DNA of 64,000 nt from contig OZ024740.1 in the NCBI GenBank assembly GCA_964016885.1, positions 406,038,001 through 406,102,000 on the forward strand, read 5' to 3'. The DNA is from Eledone cirrhosa (Eukaryota). This document shows positions 41,301 to 54,500 of the stretch, in pieces. The notes beneath the pieces are model-generated. The model saw nothing but the letters and a program-made list of their open reading frames with translations. It was not told where the DNA came from and ran no database searches. How positions within the stretch are numbered: the first letter of the stretch is position 1; each line of letters starts with the position of its first letter. Position numbers and translations under genes: made by a program.

Positions 41301-44300
41301 GGTAGAGTTGGTGTTAATGATGTTAGAGTTGGTGTTAATGGTGGTAGAGTCGGTGTTAATGGTGTTAGAGTTGGTGTTAATGGAGTTAGAGTTGGTATTA
41401 ATGGTGTTAATGGTGTTAGAGTTGGATTTAATGGTGTTAGAGTTGGTCTTTAATGGTGGTAGATTTGGGGTTAATGGTGTTAGAGTTGGTGTTAATGGTG
41501 GTAGAGTTGGTGTTAATGGAGTTAGAGTTGGTGTTAATGGTGTTAGAGTTGATCTTAATGGTGGTAGAGATGGTGTTAATGGTGGTAGAGTTGGTGTTAA
41601 TGGTGCTAGAGTTGGTGTTAATGGTGGTAGAGTTGGTGTTAATGGTGGAAGAGTTGGTGTTAATTGTGTTAGAGTTGGTGTTAATGGTGTTAGAGTTTGT
41701 GTTAATGGTGGTAGAGTTGGTGTTAATATTGGTAGAGTTGGTGTTAATGGTGGTAGAGTTGGTGTTAATGGTGGTAGAGTTGGTGTTAATGGTGTTAGAG
41801 TTGGTGTTAATGGTGTTAGAGTTGGTTTTAATGGTGGTAGAGTTGGGGTTAATGGTGTTAGAGTTGGTCTTTAATGTTGGTAGAGTTGGTGTTAATGGTG
41901 TTAGGGTGCTAGAGTTGGTGTTAATGGTGGTAGAGTTTGTGTTAATGGTGGTAGATTTGGTCTTTAATGGTGGTAGAGTTGGTGTTAATGGTGGTAGAGT
42001 TGGTGTTAATGGTGGTAGAGTTGGTGTTAAAGGTGTTAGAGTTGGTGTTAATGGTGTTAGAGTTGGGTTTTAATGGTGGTAGAGTTGGTGTTAATGGTGG
42101 TAGAGTCGGTGTTAATGGTGTTAGCGGTGGTGTTAATGGTGGTAGAGTTGGTGTTAATGGTGGTAGAGTTGGTGTTAATGGTGGTAGAGTTGCTCTTTAA
42201 TGGTGTTAGAGTTGGTGTTAATGGTGTTAGAGTTTGTGTTAATGGTGGTAGAGTTGCTGTTAATGGTGTTAGAGTTGGTCTTTAATGGTGGTAGTGTTGG
42301 TGTTAATGGTGTTAGAGTTGGTGTTAATGGTGGTAGAGTTGGTGTTAATGGTGGTAGAGTTGGTGTTAATGGTGGTAGAGTTGGTGTTAATTGTGGTCGA
42401 ATTGGTGTTAATGGTTATTAGATTTGGTGTTAGAGTTGGTGTTAATGGTGGTAAAGTTTGTGTTAATGGTGTTAGAGTTGGTGTTAATGGTGGTAGAGTT
42501 GGTCTTTAATGGTGGTAGAGTTGGTGTTAATTGTGGTAGAGTTGGTGTTAATCGTGGTAGAGTTGGTGTTAATGGTGTTAGAGTTGGTGTTAATGGTGGT
42601 AGAGTTGGTGTTAATGGTGTTAGAGTTGGTCTTTAATGGCGGTAGAGCTGGTGTAAATGGTGTTAGAGTTGGTGTTAATGGTGTTAGAGTTGATATTAAT
42701 GTTGGTAGAGTTGGTGTTAATGGTGTTAGAGTTGGTGTTAATGGTGGTAAAGTTGGTGTTAATGGTGTTAGAGTTGGTCTTTAATGGCGGTAGAGCTGGA
42801 GTTAATGGTGTTAGAGTTGGTGTTAATGGTGTTAGAGTTGATATTAATGGTGGTAGAGTTGGTGTTAATGGTGTTAGAGTTTGTGTTAATAGTGGTAGAG
42901 TTGGCGTTAATGGTGTTAGAGTTGGTGTTAATGGTGTTAGAGTTGGCAGAGTTGATGTTAATGGTGGTAGAGTTGGTGTTAATGGTGGTAGAGTTGGTTT
43001 TTAATGGTGGTAGGGTTGGTCTTTAATGGTGGTAGAGTTGGTGTTAATTGTGTTAGAGTTGGTGTTATAGTGTTAGAGTTGGAGTTAATGGTGGTAGAGT
43101 TGGTGTTAATGGTGGTAGAGTTGGTGTTAATGGTGGTAAAGTTGGTGTTAATGGTGGTAGAGTTGGTGTTAATGGTGGAAGAGTTGGTGTTAATTGTGTT
43201 AGAGTTGGTGTTAATGGTGTTAGAGTTGGTGTTAATGGTGGTAGAGTTGGTGTTAATATTGGTAGAGTTGGTGTTAATGGTGGTAGAGTTGGTGTTAATG
43301 GTGGTAGAGTTGGTTTTAATGGTGTTAAAGTTGGTCTTTAATGGTGGTAGAGTTGGTGTTAATGGTGTTAGAATTGGTGTTAATGGTGTTAGAGTTGGTC
43401 TTTATTGGTGGTAGAGTTGGTGTTAATGATGTTAGAGTTGGTGTTAATGGTGGTAGAGTTGGTGTTAATGGTGGTAGTGTTGGTGTTAATGGTGGTAGAG
43501 TTGGTGTTAATGGTGGTAGTGTTGGTGTTAATGGTGGTAGAGTTGGTCTTTAAGGGTGGTAGAGCTGGTGTTAATGGTGGTAGAGTTGCTGTTAATGGTG
43601 TTAGAGTTGGTGTTAATGGTGTTAGAGTTGGCGGAGTTTGTGTTAATGGTGGTAGAGTTGGTGTTAATGGTGGTAGAGTTGGTGTTAATGGTGGTAGTGT
43701 TGGTGTTAATGGTGGTAGAGCTGGTCTTTAAGGGTGGTAGAGTTGGTGTTAATGGTGGTAGAGTTGCTGTTAATGGTGGTAGAGTTGGTCTTTAAGGGTG
43801 GTAGAGCTGGTGTTAATGGTGGTAGAGTTGCTGTTAATGGTGGTAGAGTTGGTCTTTAAGGGTGGTAGAGTTGGTGTTAATGGTGTTAGAGTTGCTGTTA
43901 ATGGTGTTAGAGTTGCTGTTAATGGTGTTAGAGTTGGTCTTTAATGGTGGCAGAGTTGCTGTTAATTGTGGTAGAGTTGGTGTTAATGGTGGTAAGTTGG
44001 TGTTAATGGTGTTAGAGTTGGTGTTAATGGTGGTAGTGTTGGTGTTAATGTTGGAAGAGTTGGTGTTAATGATGTTAGAGTTGGTGTTAATGGTGGTAGA
44101 GTTGGTGTTAATGGTGGTAGAGTTGGAGTTAATGGTGTTAGAGTTGGTGTTAATGGTGTTAGAGTTGGTGTTAATGGTGTTAGAGTTGCTGTTAATGGTG
44201 GTGGAGTTGGTGTTAATGGTGGTAGAGTTGGTGTTAATGGTGGTAGAGTGGGTATTAATAGTGTTAGAGTTGGTGTTAATGGTGGTAGAGTTGGTGTTAA

Positions 44301-47300
44301 TGATGGTAGAGTTGGTGTTAATGGTGTTAGAGTTGGTCTTTAATGGTGGTAGAGTTGGTCTTTAAGGGTGGTAGAGTTGGTGTTAATGGTGGTAGAGCTG
44401 CTGTTAATGGTGGTAGAGTTGGTCTTTAAGGGTGGCAGAGTTGGTGTTAATGGTGGTAGAGTTGCTGTTAATGGTGGTAGAGTTGGTCTTTAAGGGTGGT
44501 AGAGTTGGTGTTAATGGTGGTAGAGTTGGTGTTAATGGTGGTAGAGTTGGTCTTTAAGGGTGGTAGAGTTGGTGTTAATGGTGTTAGAGTTGGTGTTAAT
44601 GGTGTTAGAGTTGGTGTTAATGGTGGTAGAGTTGGTGTTAATGGTGGTAGAGTTGGTGTTAATGGTGGTAGAGTTGGTGTTAATGGTGGTTGAGTTGATT
44701 TTAATGGTGTTAGAGTTGGTCTTTAATGGTGGTAGAGTTGGTGTTAATGGTGTTAGAGTTGGTGTTAATGGTGTTAGAGTTGGTGTTAATGGTGGTAGAG
44801 TTGGTGTTAATGGTAGAGTTGGTGTTAATGGTGATAGAGTTGGTTTTAATGGTGTTAGATTTGGTCTTTAATGGTGGTAGAGATGGTGTTAATGGTGTTA
44901 GAGTTGGTCTTTAATGGTGGTAGAGTTGGTGTTAATGGTGGTAGAGTTGGTGTTAATGGTGTTAGAGTTGGTCTTTAATGTTGGTAGAGTTGGTGTTAAT
45001 GGTGTTAGAGTTGGTGTTAATGGTGGTAGAGTTGGTGTTAATGATGTTAGAGTTGGTGTTAATGGTGTTAGAGTTGGTGATAATGGTGTTAGAGTTGGTG
45101 TTAATGGAGTTAGAGTTGGTATTAATGGTGTTAATGGTGTTAGAGTTGGATTTAATGGTGTTAGAGTTGGTCTTTAATGGTGGTAGATTTGGGGATAATG
45201 GTGTTAGAGTTGGTGTTAATGGTGGTAGAGTTGGTGTTAATGGAGTTAGAGTTGGTGTTAATGGTGTTAGAGTTGATGTTAATGGTGGTAGAGATGGTGT
45301 TAATGGTGGTAGAGTTGGTGTTAATGGTGCTAGAGTTGGTGTTAATGGTGGTAGAGTTGGTGTTAATGGTGGAAGAGTTGGTGTTAATTGTGTTAGAGTT
45401 GGTGTTAATGGTGTTAGAGTTTGTGTTAATGGTGGTAGAGTTGGTGTTAATATTGGTAGAGTTGGTGTTAATGGTGGTAGAGTTGGTGTTAATGGTGGTA
45501 GAGTTGGTGTTAATGGTGTTAGAGTTGGTGTTAATGGTGTTAGAGTTGGTTTTAATGGTGGTAGAGTTGGGGTTAATGGTGTTAGAGTTGGTCTTTAATG
45601 TTGGTAGAGTTGGTGTTAATGGTGTTAGGGTGCTAGAGTTGGTGTTAATGGTGGTAGAGTTTGTGTTAATGGTGGTAGATTTGGTCTTTAATGGTGGTAG
45701 AGTTGGTGTTAATGCTGGTAGAGTTGGTGTTAATGGTGGTAGAGTTGGTGTTAATGGTGTTAGAGTTGGTGTTAATGGTGTTAGAGTTGGTGTTAGAGTT
45801 GGTGTTAATGGTGGTAGAGTTGGTGTTAATGGTGTTAGAGTTGGTGTTAATGGTGCTAGAGTTGGTGTTAATGGTGGTAGAGTTTGTGTTAATGGTGGTA
45901 GAGTTGGTCTTTAATGGTGGTAGAGTTGGTGTTAATGGTGGTAGAGTTGGTGTTAATGGTGGTAGAGTTGGTGTTAATGGTGTTAGAGTTGGTGTTAATG
46001 GTGTTAGAGTTGGTGTTAATGGTGGTAGAGTTGGTGTTAATGGTGTTAGAGTTGGTGTTAATGGTGCTAGAGTTGGTGTTAATGGTGTTAGTGTTGGTGT
46101 TAATGGTGTTAGAGTTGGTGTTAATGGTGGTAGAGTCGGTCTTAATGGTGTTAGAGGTGGTGTTAATGGTGGTAGAGTTGGTGTTAATGGTGGTAGAGTT
46201 GGTGTTAATGGTGGTAGAGTTGGTGTTAATGGTGTTAGAGTTGGTGTTAATGGTGTTAGAGTTGGTGTTAATGGTGGTAGAGTTGGTGTTAATGGTGGTA
46301 GAGTTGGTGTTAAAGGTGTTAGAGTTGGTGTTAATGGTGTTAAAGTTGGGTTTTAATGGTGGTAGAGTTGGTGTTAATGGTGGTAGAGTCGGTCTTAATG
46401 GTGTTAGAGGTGGTGTTAATGGTGGTAGAGTTGGTGTTAATGGTGGTAGAGTTTGTGTTAATGGTGGTAGAGTTGGTCTTTAATGGTGGTAGAGTTGGTG
46501 TTAATGGTGTTAGAGTTGGTGTTAATAGTGGTAGAGTTGGTGTTAATGGTGTTAGAGTTGGTGTTAATGGTGTTAGAGTTGGTGTTAATGGTGTTAGAGT
46601 TGGTGTTAATGGTGGTAGAGTCGGTGTTAATGGTGTTAGAGTTGGTGTTAATAGTGGTAGAGTTGGTGTTAATGGTGTTAGAGTTGGTGTTATTGGTGTT
46701 AGAGTTGGTCTTTAATGGTGGTAGAGTTGGTGTTAATGGTGTTAGAGTTGGTGTTAATGGTGGTAGAGTTGGTGTTAATGGTAGAGTTGGTGTTAATGGT
46801 GATAGAGTTGGTTTTAATGGTGTTAGATTTGGTCTTTAATGGTGGTAGAGTTGGTGTTAATGGTGTTAGAGTTGGTCTTTAATGGTGGTAGAGTTGGTGT
46901 TAATGGTGGTAGAGTTGGTGTTAATGGTGTTAGAGTTGGTCTTTAATGTTGGTAGAGTTGGTGTTAATGGTGTTAGAGTTGGTGTTAATGGTGGTAGAGT
47001 TGGTGTTAATGATGTTAGAGTTGGTGTTAATGGTGGTAGAGTCGGTGTTAATGGTGTTAGAGTTGGTGTTAATGGAGTTAGAGTTGGTATTAATGGTGTT
47101 AATGGTGTTAGAGTTGGATTTAATGGTGTTAGAGTTGGTCTTTAATGGTGGTAGATTTGGGGTTAATGGTGTTAGAGTTGGTGTTAATGGTGGTAGAGTT
47201 GGTGTTAATGGAGTTAGAGTTGGTGTTAATGGTGTTAGAGTTGATGTTAATGGTGGTAGAGATGGTGTTAATGGTGGTAGAGTTGGTGTTAATGGTGCTA

Positions 47301-47660
47301 GAGTTGGTGTTAATGGTGGTAGAGTTGGTGTTAATGGTGGAAGAGTTGGTGTTAATTGTGTTAGAGTTGGTGTTAATGGTGTTAGAGTTTGTGTTAATGG
47401 TGGTAGAGTTGGTGTTAATATTGGTAGAGTTGGTGTTAATGGTGGTAGAGTTGGTGTTAATGGTGGTAGAGTTGGTGTTAATGGTGTTAGAGTTGGTGTT
47501 AATGGTGTTAGAGTTGGTTTTAATGGTGGTAGAGTTGGGGTTAATGGTGTTAGAGTTGGTCTTTAATGTTGGTAGAGTTGGTGTTAATGGTGTTAGGGTG
47601 CTAGAGTTGGTGTTAATGGTGGTAGAGTTTGTGTTAATGGTGGTAGATTTGGTCTTTAAT
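36235..47660. repeat. ~5.6-5.7-kb tandem higher-order duplication (copy A ~36235-41966, copy B ~41967-47660), each with an internal ~1.9-kb offset repeat
   Basis: ORF offsets are 36235/41967 (5732), 37366/43004 and 38224/43862 (5638), 39361/44978 (5617), 40664/46356 and 41254/46946 (5692). Internal pairs are 39361/41254 (1893) and 44978/46946 (1968). Confidence 0.9.
38747..38940. repeat. 64-bp trimeric sub-repeat (21+21+22) punctuated by CTTTAAGGG; also at ~35748-35876, ~38093-38221, ~43731-43859, ~44365-44557 and in 58.5-63.5 kb
   Basis: CTTTAA ends at 38748, 38812, 38876 and 38940. The middle monomer usually carries GCTGTT. Confidence 0.88.
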
Positions 47661-48060
47661 GGTGGTAGAGTTGGTGTTAATGGTGGTAGAGTTGGTGTTA
47701 ATGGTGGTAGAGTTGGTGTTAATGGTGTTAGAGTTGGTGTTAATGGTGTTAGAGTTGGTGTTAATGGTGGTAGAGTTGGTGTTAATGGTGTTAGAGTTGG
47801 TGTTAATGGTGCTAGATTTGGTGTTAATGGTGGTAGAGTTTGTGTTAATGGTGGTAGAGTTGGTCTTTAATGGTGGTAGAGTTGGTGTTAATGGTGTTAG
47901 AGTTGGTGTTAATGGTGGTAGAGTTGGTGTTAATGGTGTTAGAGTTGGTGTTAATGGTGCTAGAGTTGGTGTTAATGGTGGTAGAGTTTGTGTTAATGGT
48001 GGTAGAGTTGGTCTTTAATGGTGGTAGAGTTGGTGTTAATGGTGTTAGAGTTGGGTTTTA

Positions 48061-51000
48061 ATGGTGGTAGAGTTGGTGTTAATGGTGGTAGAGTTGGTGT
48101 TAATGGTGTTAGAGTTGGTGTTAATGGTGCTAGAGTTGGTGTTAATGGTGTTAGAGTTGGTGTTAATGGTGTTAGAGTTGGTGTTAATGGTGGTAGAGTC
48201 GGTCTTAATGGTGTTAGAGGTGGTGTTAATGGTGGTAGAGTTGGTGTTAATGGTGGTAGAGTTGGTGTTAATGGTGGTAGAGTTGGTGTTAATGGTGTTA
48301 GAGTTGGTGTTAATGGTGTTAGAGTTGGTGTTAATGGTGGTAGAGTTGGTGTTAATGGTGGTAGAGTTGGTGTTAAAGGTGTTAGAGTTGGTGTTAATGG
48401 TGTTAGAGTTGGGTTTTAATGGTGGTAGAGTTGGTGTTAATGGTGGTAGAGTCGGTCTTAATGGTGTTAGAGGTGGTGTTAATGGTGGTAGAGTTGGTGT
48501 TAATGGTGGTAGAGTTTGTGTTAATGGTGGTAGAGTTGGTCTTTAATGGTGGTAGAGTTGGTGTTAATGGTGTTAGAGTTGGTGTTAATAGTGGTAGAGT
48601 TGGTGTTAATGGTGTTAGAGTTGGTGTTAATGGTGTTAGAGTTGGTGTTAATGGTGTTAGAGTTAGTGTTAATGGTGGTAGAGTTGGTGTTAATGGTGGT
48701 AGAGTCGGTGTTAATGGTGTTAGAGGTGGTGTTAATGGTGGTAGAGTTGGTGTTAATGGTGGTAGAGTTGGTGTTAATGGTGGTAGAGTTGCTCTTTAAT
48801 GGTGTTAGAGTTGGTGTTAATGGTGTTAGAGTTGGTGTTAATGGTGGTAGAGTTGCTGTTAATGGTGTTAGAGTTGGTCTTTAATGGTGGTAGTGTTGGT
48901 GTTAGAGTTGGTGTTAATGGTGGTAGAGTTGGTGTTAATGGTGGTAGAGTTGGTGTTAATGGTGGTAGAGTTGGTGTTAATGGTGGTCGAATTGGTGTTA
49001 ATGGTTATTAGAGTTGGTGTTAATGGTGTTAGAGTTGGTGTTAATGGTGGTAGAGTTGGTGTTAATGGTGTTAGAGTTGGTGTTAATGGTGGTAGAGTTG
49101 GTCTTTAATGGTGGTAGAGTTGGTGTTAATTGTGGTAGAGTTGGTGTTAATCGTGGTAGAGTTGGTGTTAATGGTGTCAGAGTTGGTGTTAATGGTGGTA
49201 GAGTTGGTGTTAATGGTGTTAGAGTTGGTCTTTAATGGCGGTAGAGCTGGTGTTAATGGTGTTAGAGTTGGTGTTAATGGTGTTAGAGTTGATATTAATG
49301 GTGGTAGAGTTGGTGTTAATGGTGTTAGAGTTGGTGTTAATGGTGGTAGAGTTGGTCTTTAATGGCGGTAGAGTTGGTGTTAATAGTGGTAGAGTTGGCG
49401 TTAATGGTGTTAGAGTTGGTGTTAATGGTGTTAGAGTTGGCAGAGTTGATGTTAATGGTGGTAGAGTTGGTGTTAATGGTGGTAGAGTTGGTCTTTAATG
49501 GTGGTAGAGTTGGTCTTTAATGGTGGTAGAGTTGGTGTTACTTGTGTTAGAGTTGGTGTTATAGCGTTAGAGTTGGAGTTAATGGTGGTAGAGTTGGTGT
49601 TCATGGTGGTAGAGTTGGTGTTAATGGTGGTAAAGTTGGTGTTAATGGTGTTAGAGTTGGCGTTAATGGTGGTAGAGTTGGTGTTAATGGTGGTAGAGTT
49701 GGTCTTTAATGGTGGTAGAGTTGGTGTTAATGGTGGTAGAGTTGGTGTTAATGGTGGTAGAGTTGGTGTTAATGGTGTTAGAGTTGGTGTTAATAGTGTT
49801 AGAGTTGGTGTTAATGGTGTTAGAGTTGGTGTTAATGGTGGTAGAGTTGGTGTTAAAGGTGTTAGAGTTGGTGTTAATGGTGGTAGAGTTGGTGTTAATG
49901 GTGTTAGAGTTGGTCTAATGGTGGTAGAGTCGGTGTTAATGGTGTTAGAGTTGGTGTTAATGGTGGTAGAGTTGGTGTTAATGGTGTTAGAGTTGGTGTT
50001 AATGGTGTTAGAGTTGGTGTTAATGGTGTTAGAGTTGGTCTTTAATGGTGGTAGATTTGGTGTTAATATTGGTAGAGTTGGTCTTTAATGGTGGTAGAGT
50101 TGGTGTTAATGGTCGTAGAGTTGGTTTTAATGGTGTTAGAGTTGGTGTTAATGGTGTTAGAGTTGGTGTTAATGGTGTTAGAGTTGGTGTTAATGGTGGT
50201 AGAGTTGGTCTTTAATGGTGGTAGAGTTGGTGTTAATGGTGGTAGAGTTGGGGTTAATGGTGTTAGAGTTGGTGTTAATGGTGTTGGAGTTGATGTTAAT
50301 GGTGGTAGAGATGGTGTTAATGGTGGTAGAGTTGGTGTTAATGGTGGTAGAGTTGGTGTTAATGGTGGTAGAGTTGGTGTTAATGGTGGAAGTGTTGGTG
50401 TTAATTGTGTTGGAGTTGGTGTTAATGGTGTTAGAGTTGGTGTTAATGGTGGTAGAGTTGGTGTTAATATTGGTAGAGTTGGTGTTAATGGTGGTAGAGT
50501 TGGTGTTAATGGTGTTATAGTTGGTGTTAATGGTGTTAGAGTTGGTTTTAATGGTGGTAGAGTTGGGGTTAATGGTGTTAGAGTTGGTCTTTAATGTTGG
50601 TAGAGTTGGTGTTAATGGTGTTAGAGTTCGTGTTAATGGTGCTAGAGTTGGTGTTACTGGTGGTAGAGTTTGTGTTAATGGTGGTAGAGTTGGTCTTTAA
50701 TGGTGGTAGAGTTGGTGTTAATGGTGGTAGAGTTGGTGTTAATGGTGGTAGAGTTGGTGTTAAAGGTGTTAGAGTTGGTGTTAATGGTGTTAGAGTTGGG
50801 TTTTAATGGTGGTAGAGTTGGTGTTAATGGTGGTAGAGTCGGTGTTAATGGTGTTAGCGGTGGTGTTAATGGTGGTAGAGTTGGTGTTAATGGTGGTAGA
50901 GTTGGTGTTAATGGTGGTAGAGTTGCTCTTTAATGGTGTTAGATTTGGTGTTAATGGTGTTAGAGTTGGTGTTAATGGTGGTAGAGTTGCTGTTAATGGT

Positions 51001-51530
51001 GTTAGAGTTGGTCTTTAATGGTGGTAGTGTTGGTGTTAATGGTGTTAGAGTTGGTGTTAATGGTGGTAGAGTTGGTGTTAATGGTGGTAGAGTTGGTGTT
51101 AATGGTGGTAGAGTTGGTGTTAATGGTGGTAGAGTTGGTCTTTAATGGTGGTAGAGTTGGTGTTAATTGTGGTAGAGTTGGTGTTAATCGTGGTAGAGTT
51201 GGTGTTAATGGTGTCAGAGTTGGTGTTAATGGTGGTAGAGTTGGTGTTAATGGTGTTAGAGTTGGTCTTTAATGGCGGTAGAGCTGGTGTAAATGGTGTT
51301 AGAGTTGGTGTTAATGGTGTTAGAGTTGATATTAATGTTGGTAGAGTTGGTGTTAATGGTGTTAGAGTTGGTGTTAATGGTGGTAGAGTTGGTTTTAATG
51401 GTGTTAAAGTTGGTCTTTAATGGTGGTAGAGTTGGTGTTAATGGTGTTAGAGTCGATGTTAATGGTGTTAGAATTGGAGTCAATGGTGTTAGAGTTGGTG
51501 TTAATGGTGTTAATGGGGGTAGAGTTGCTG
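48061..51530. repeat. Long-range copy (~18.5-kb offset) of the block ~29560-33050
   Basis: ORF pairs 29926/48419, 30306/48799, 30391/48884 (18493), 30984/49498, 31574/50088 (18514) and 32122/50700 (18578) have near-identical translations. Confidence 0.8.
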
Positions 51531-54500
51531 TTAATGGTGTTAGAGTTGGTGTTAATGGTGGTAGAGTTGGTGTTAATGGTGTTAGAGTTGGTGTTAATGG
51601 TGCTAGAGTTGGTGTTAATGGTGGTAGAGTTTGTGTTAATGGTGGTAGAGTTGGTCTTTAATGGTGGTAGAGTTGGTGTTAATGGTGGTAGAGTTGGTGT
51701 TAATGGTGGTAGAGTTGGTGTTAATGGTGTTAGAGTTGGTGTTAATGGTGTTAGAGTTGGTGTTAATGGTGGTAGAGTTGGTGTTAATGGTGTTAGAGTT
51801 GGTGTTAATGGTGCTAGAGTTGGTGTTAATGGTGTTAGAGTTGGTGTTAATGGTGTTAGAGTTGGTGTTAATGGTGGTAGAGTCGGTCTTAATGGTGTTA
51901 GAGGTGGTGTTAATGGTGGTAGAGTTGGTGTTAATGGTGGTAGAGTTGGTGTTAATGGTGGTAGAGTTGGTGTTAATGGTGTTAGAGTTGGTGTTAATGG
52001 TGTTAGAGTTGGTGTTAATGGTGGTAGAGTTGGTGTTAATGGTGGTAGAGTTGGTGTTAATGGTGGTAGAGTTTGTGTTAATGGTGGTAGAGTTGGTCTT
52101 TAATGGTGGTAGAGTTGGTGTTAATGGTGGTAGAGTTGGTGTTAATGGTGGTAGAGTTGGTGTTAAAGGTGTTAGAGTTGGTGTTAATGGTGTTAGAGTT
52201 GGGTTTTAATGGTGGTAGAGTTGGTGTTAATGGTGGTAGAGTCGGTGTTAATGGTGTTAGCGGTGGTGTTAATGGTGGTAGTGTTGGTGTTAATGGTGGT
52301 AGAGTTGGTGTTAATGGTGGTAGAGTTGCTCTTTAATGGTGGTAGTGTTGGTGTTAATGGTGTTAGAGTTGGTGTTAATGGTGGTAGAGTTGGTGTTAAT
52401 GGTGGTAGAGTTGGTGTTAATTGTGGTCGAATTGGTGTTAATGGTTATTAGATTTGGTGTTAGAGTTGATGTTAATGGTGGTAGAGTTGGTGTTAATGGT
52501 GTTAGAGTTGGTGTTAATGGTGGTAGAGTTGGTCTTTAATGGTGGTAGAGTTGGTGTTAATTGTGGTAGAGTTGGTGTTAATCGTGGTAGAGTTGGTGTT
52601 AATGGTGTCAGAGTTGGTGTTAATGGTGGTAGAGTTGGTGTTAATGGTGTTATAGTTGGTCTTTAATGGCGGTAGAGCTGGTGTAAATGGTGTTAGCGTT
52701 GGTGTTAATGGTGTTAGAGGTGGTGTTAATGGTGTTAGAGTTGGTGTTAATGGTGTTAGAGTTGGTGTTAATGGTGTTATAGTTGGTGTTAATGGTGGTA
52801 GAGTTGGTTTTAATGGTGTTAAAGTTGGTCTTTAATGGTGGTAGAGTTGGTGTTAATGGTGTTAGAGTCGATGTTAATGGTGTTAGAATTGGAGTTAATG
52901 GTGTTAGAGTTGGTGTTAATGGTGTTAATGGGGGTAGAGTTGCTGTTAATGGTGTTAGAGTTGGTCTTTAATGGTGGTAGAGTTGGTGTTAATGGTGTTA
53001 GAGTTGGTGTTAATGGTGTTAGAGGTGGTGTTAATGGTGTTAGAGTTGGTGTTAATGGTGTTAGAGTTGGTGTTAATGGTGTTATAGTTGGTGTTAATGG
53101 TGTTAGAGTTGGTCTTTAATGGTGTTAGAGTTGGTGTTAATGGTGTTAGAGTTGGTGTTAATGGTGTTAGAGTTGGTGTTAATGGTGGTAGAGTTGGTCT
53201 TTAATGGTGGTAGAGTTGGTGTTAATGGTGGTAGAGTTGGTGTTAATGGTGGTAGAGTTGGTGTTAATGGTGGTAGAGTTGGTGTTAATGGTGGAAGTGT
53301 TGGTGTTAATTGTGTTGGAGTTGGTGTTAATGGTGTTAGAGTTGGTGTTAATGGTGGTAGAGTTGGTGTTAATATTGGTAGAGTTGGTGTTAATGGTGGT
53401 AGAGTTGGTGTTAATGGTGTTATAGTTGGTGTTAATGGTGTTAGAGTTGGTTTTAATGGTGGTAGAGTTGGTGTTACTGGTGTTAGAGTTGGTGTTAATG
53501 GTGCTAGAGTTGGTGTTAATGGTGGTAGAGTTTGTGTTAATGGTGGTAGAGTTGGTCTTTAATGGTGGTAGAGTTGGTGTTAATGGTGGTAGAGTTGGTG
53601 TTAATGGTGGTAGAGTTGGTGTTAAAGGTGTTAGAGTTGGTGTTAATGGTGTTAGAGTTGGGTTTTAATGGTGGTAGAGTTGGTGTTATTGGTGGTAGAG
53701 TCGGTGTTAATGGTGTTAGCGGTGGTGTTAATGGTGGTAGAGTTGGTGTTAATGGTGGTAGAGTTGGTGTTAATGGTGGTAGAGTTGCTCTTTAATGGTG
53801 TTAGAGTTGGTGTTAATGGTGGTAGAGTTGCTGTTAATGGTGTTAGAGTTGGTCTTTAATGGTGGTAGTGTTGGTGTTAATGGTGTTAGAGTTGGTGTTA
53901 ATGGTGGTAGAGTTGGTGTTAATGGTGGTAGAGTTGGTGTTAATGGTGGTAGAGTTGGTGTTAATTGTGGTCGAATTGGTGTTAATGGTTATTAGATTTG
54001 GTGTTAGAGTTGGTGTTAATGGTGGTAGAGTTGGTGTTAATTGTGTTAGAGTTGGTGTTAATGGTGGTAGAGTTGGTCTTTAATGGTGGTAGAGTTGGTG
54101 TTAATTGTGGTAGAGTTGGTGTTAATCGTGGTAGAGTTGGTGTTAATGGTGTCAGAGTTGGTGTTAATGGTGGTAGAGTTGGTGTTAATGGTGTTAGAGT
54201 TGGTCTTTAATGGCGGTAGAGCTGGTGTAAATGGTGTTAGAGTTGGTGTTAATGGTGTTAGAGTTGATATTAATGTTGGTAGAGTTGGTGTTAATGGTGT
54301 TAGAGTTGGTGTTAATGGTGGTAGAGTTGGTTTTAATGGTGTTAAAGTTGGTCTTTAATGGTGGTAGAGTTGGTGTTAATGGTGTTAGAGTCGATGTTAA
54401 TGGTGTTAGAATTGGAGTTAATGGTGTTAGAGTTGGTATTAATGGTGTTAATGGTGGTAGAGTTGCTGTTAATGGTGTTAGAGTTGGTCTTTAATGGTGG

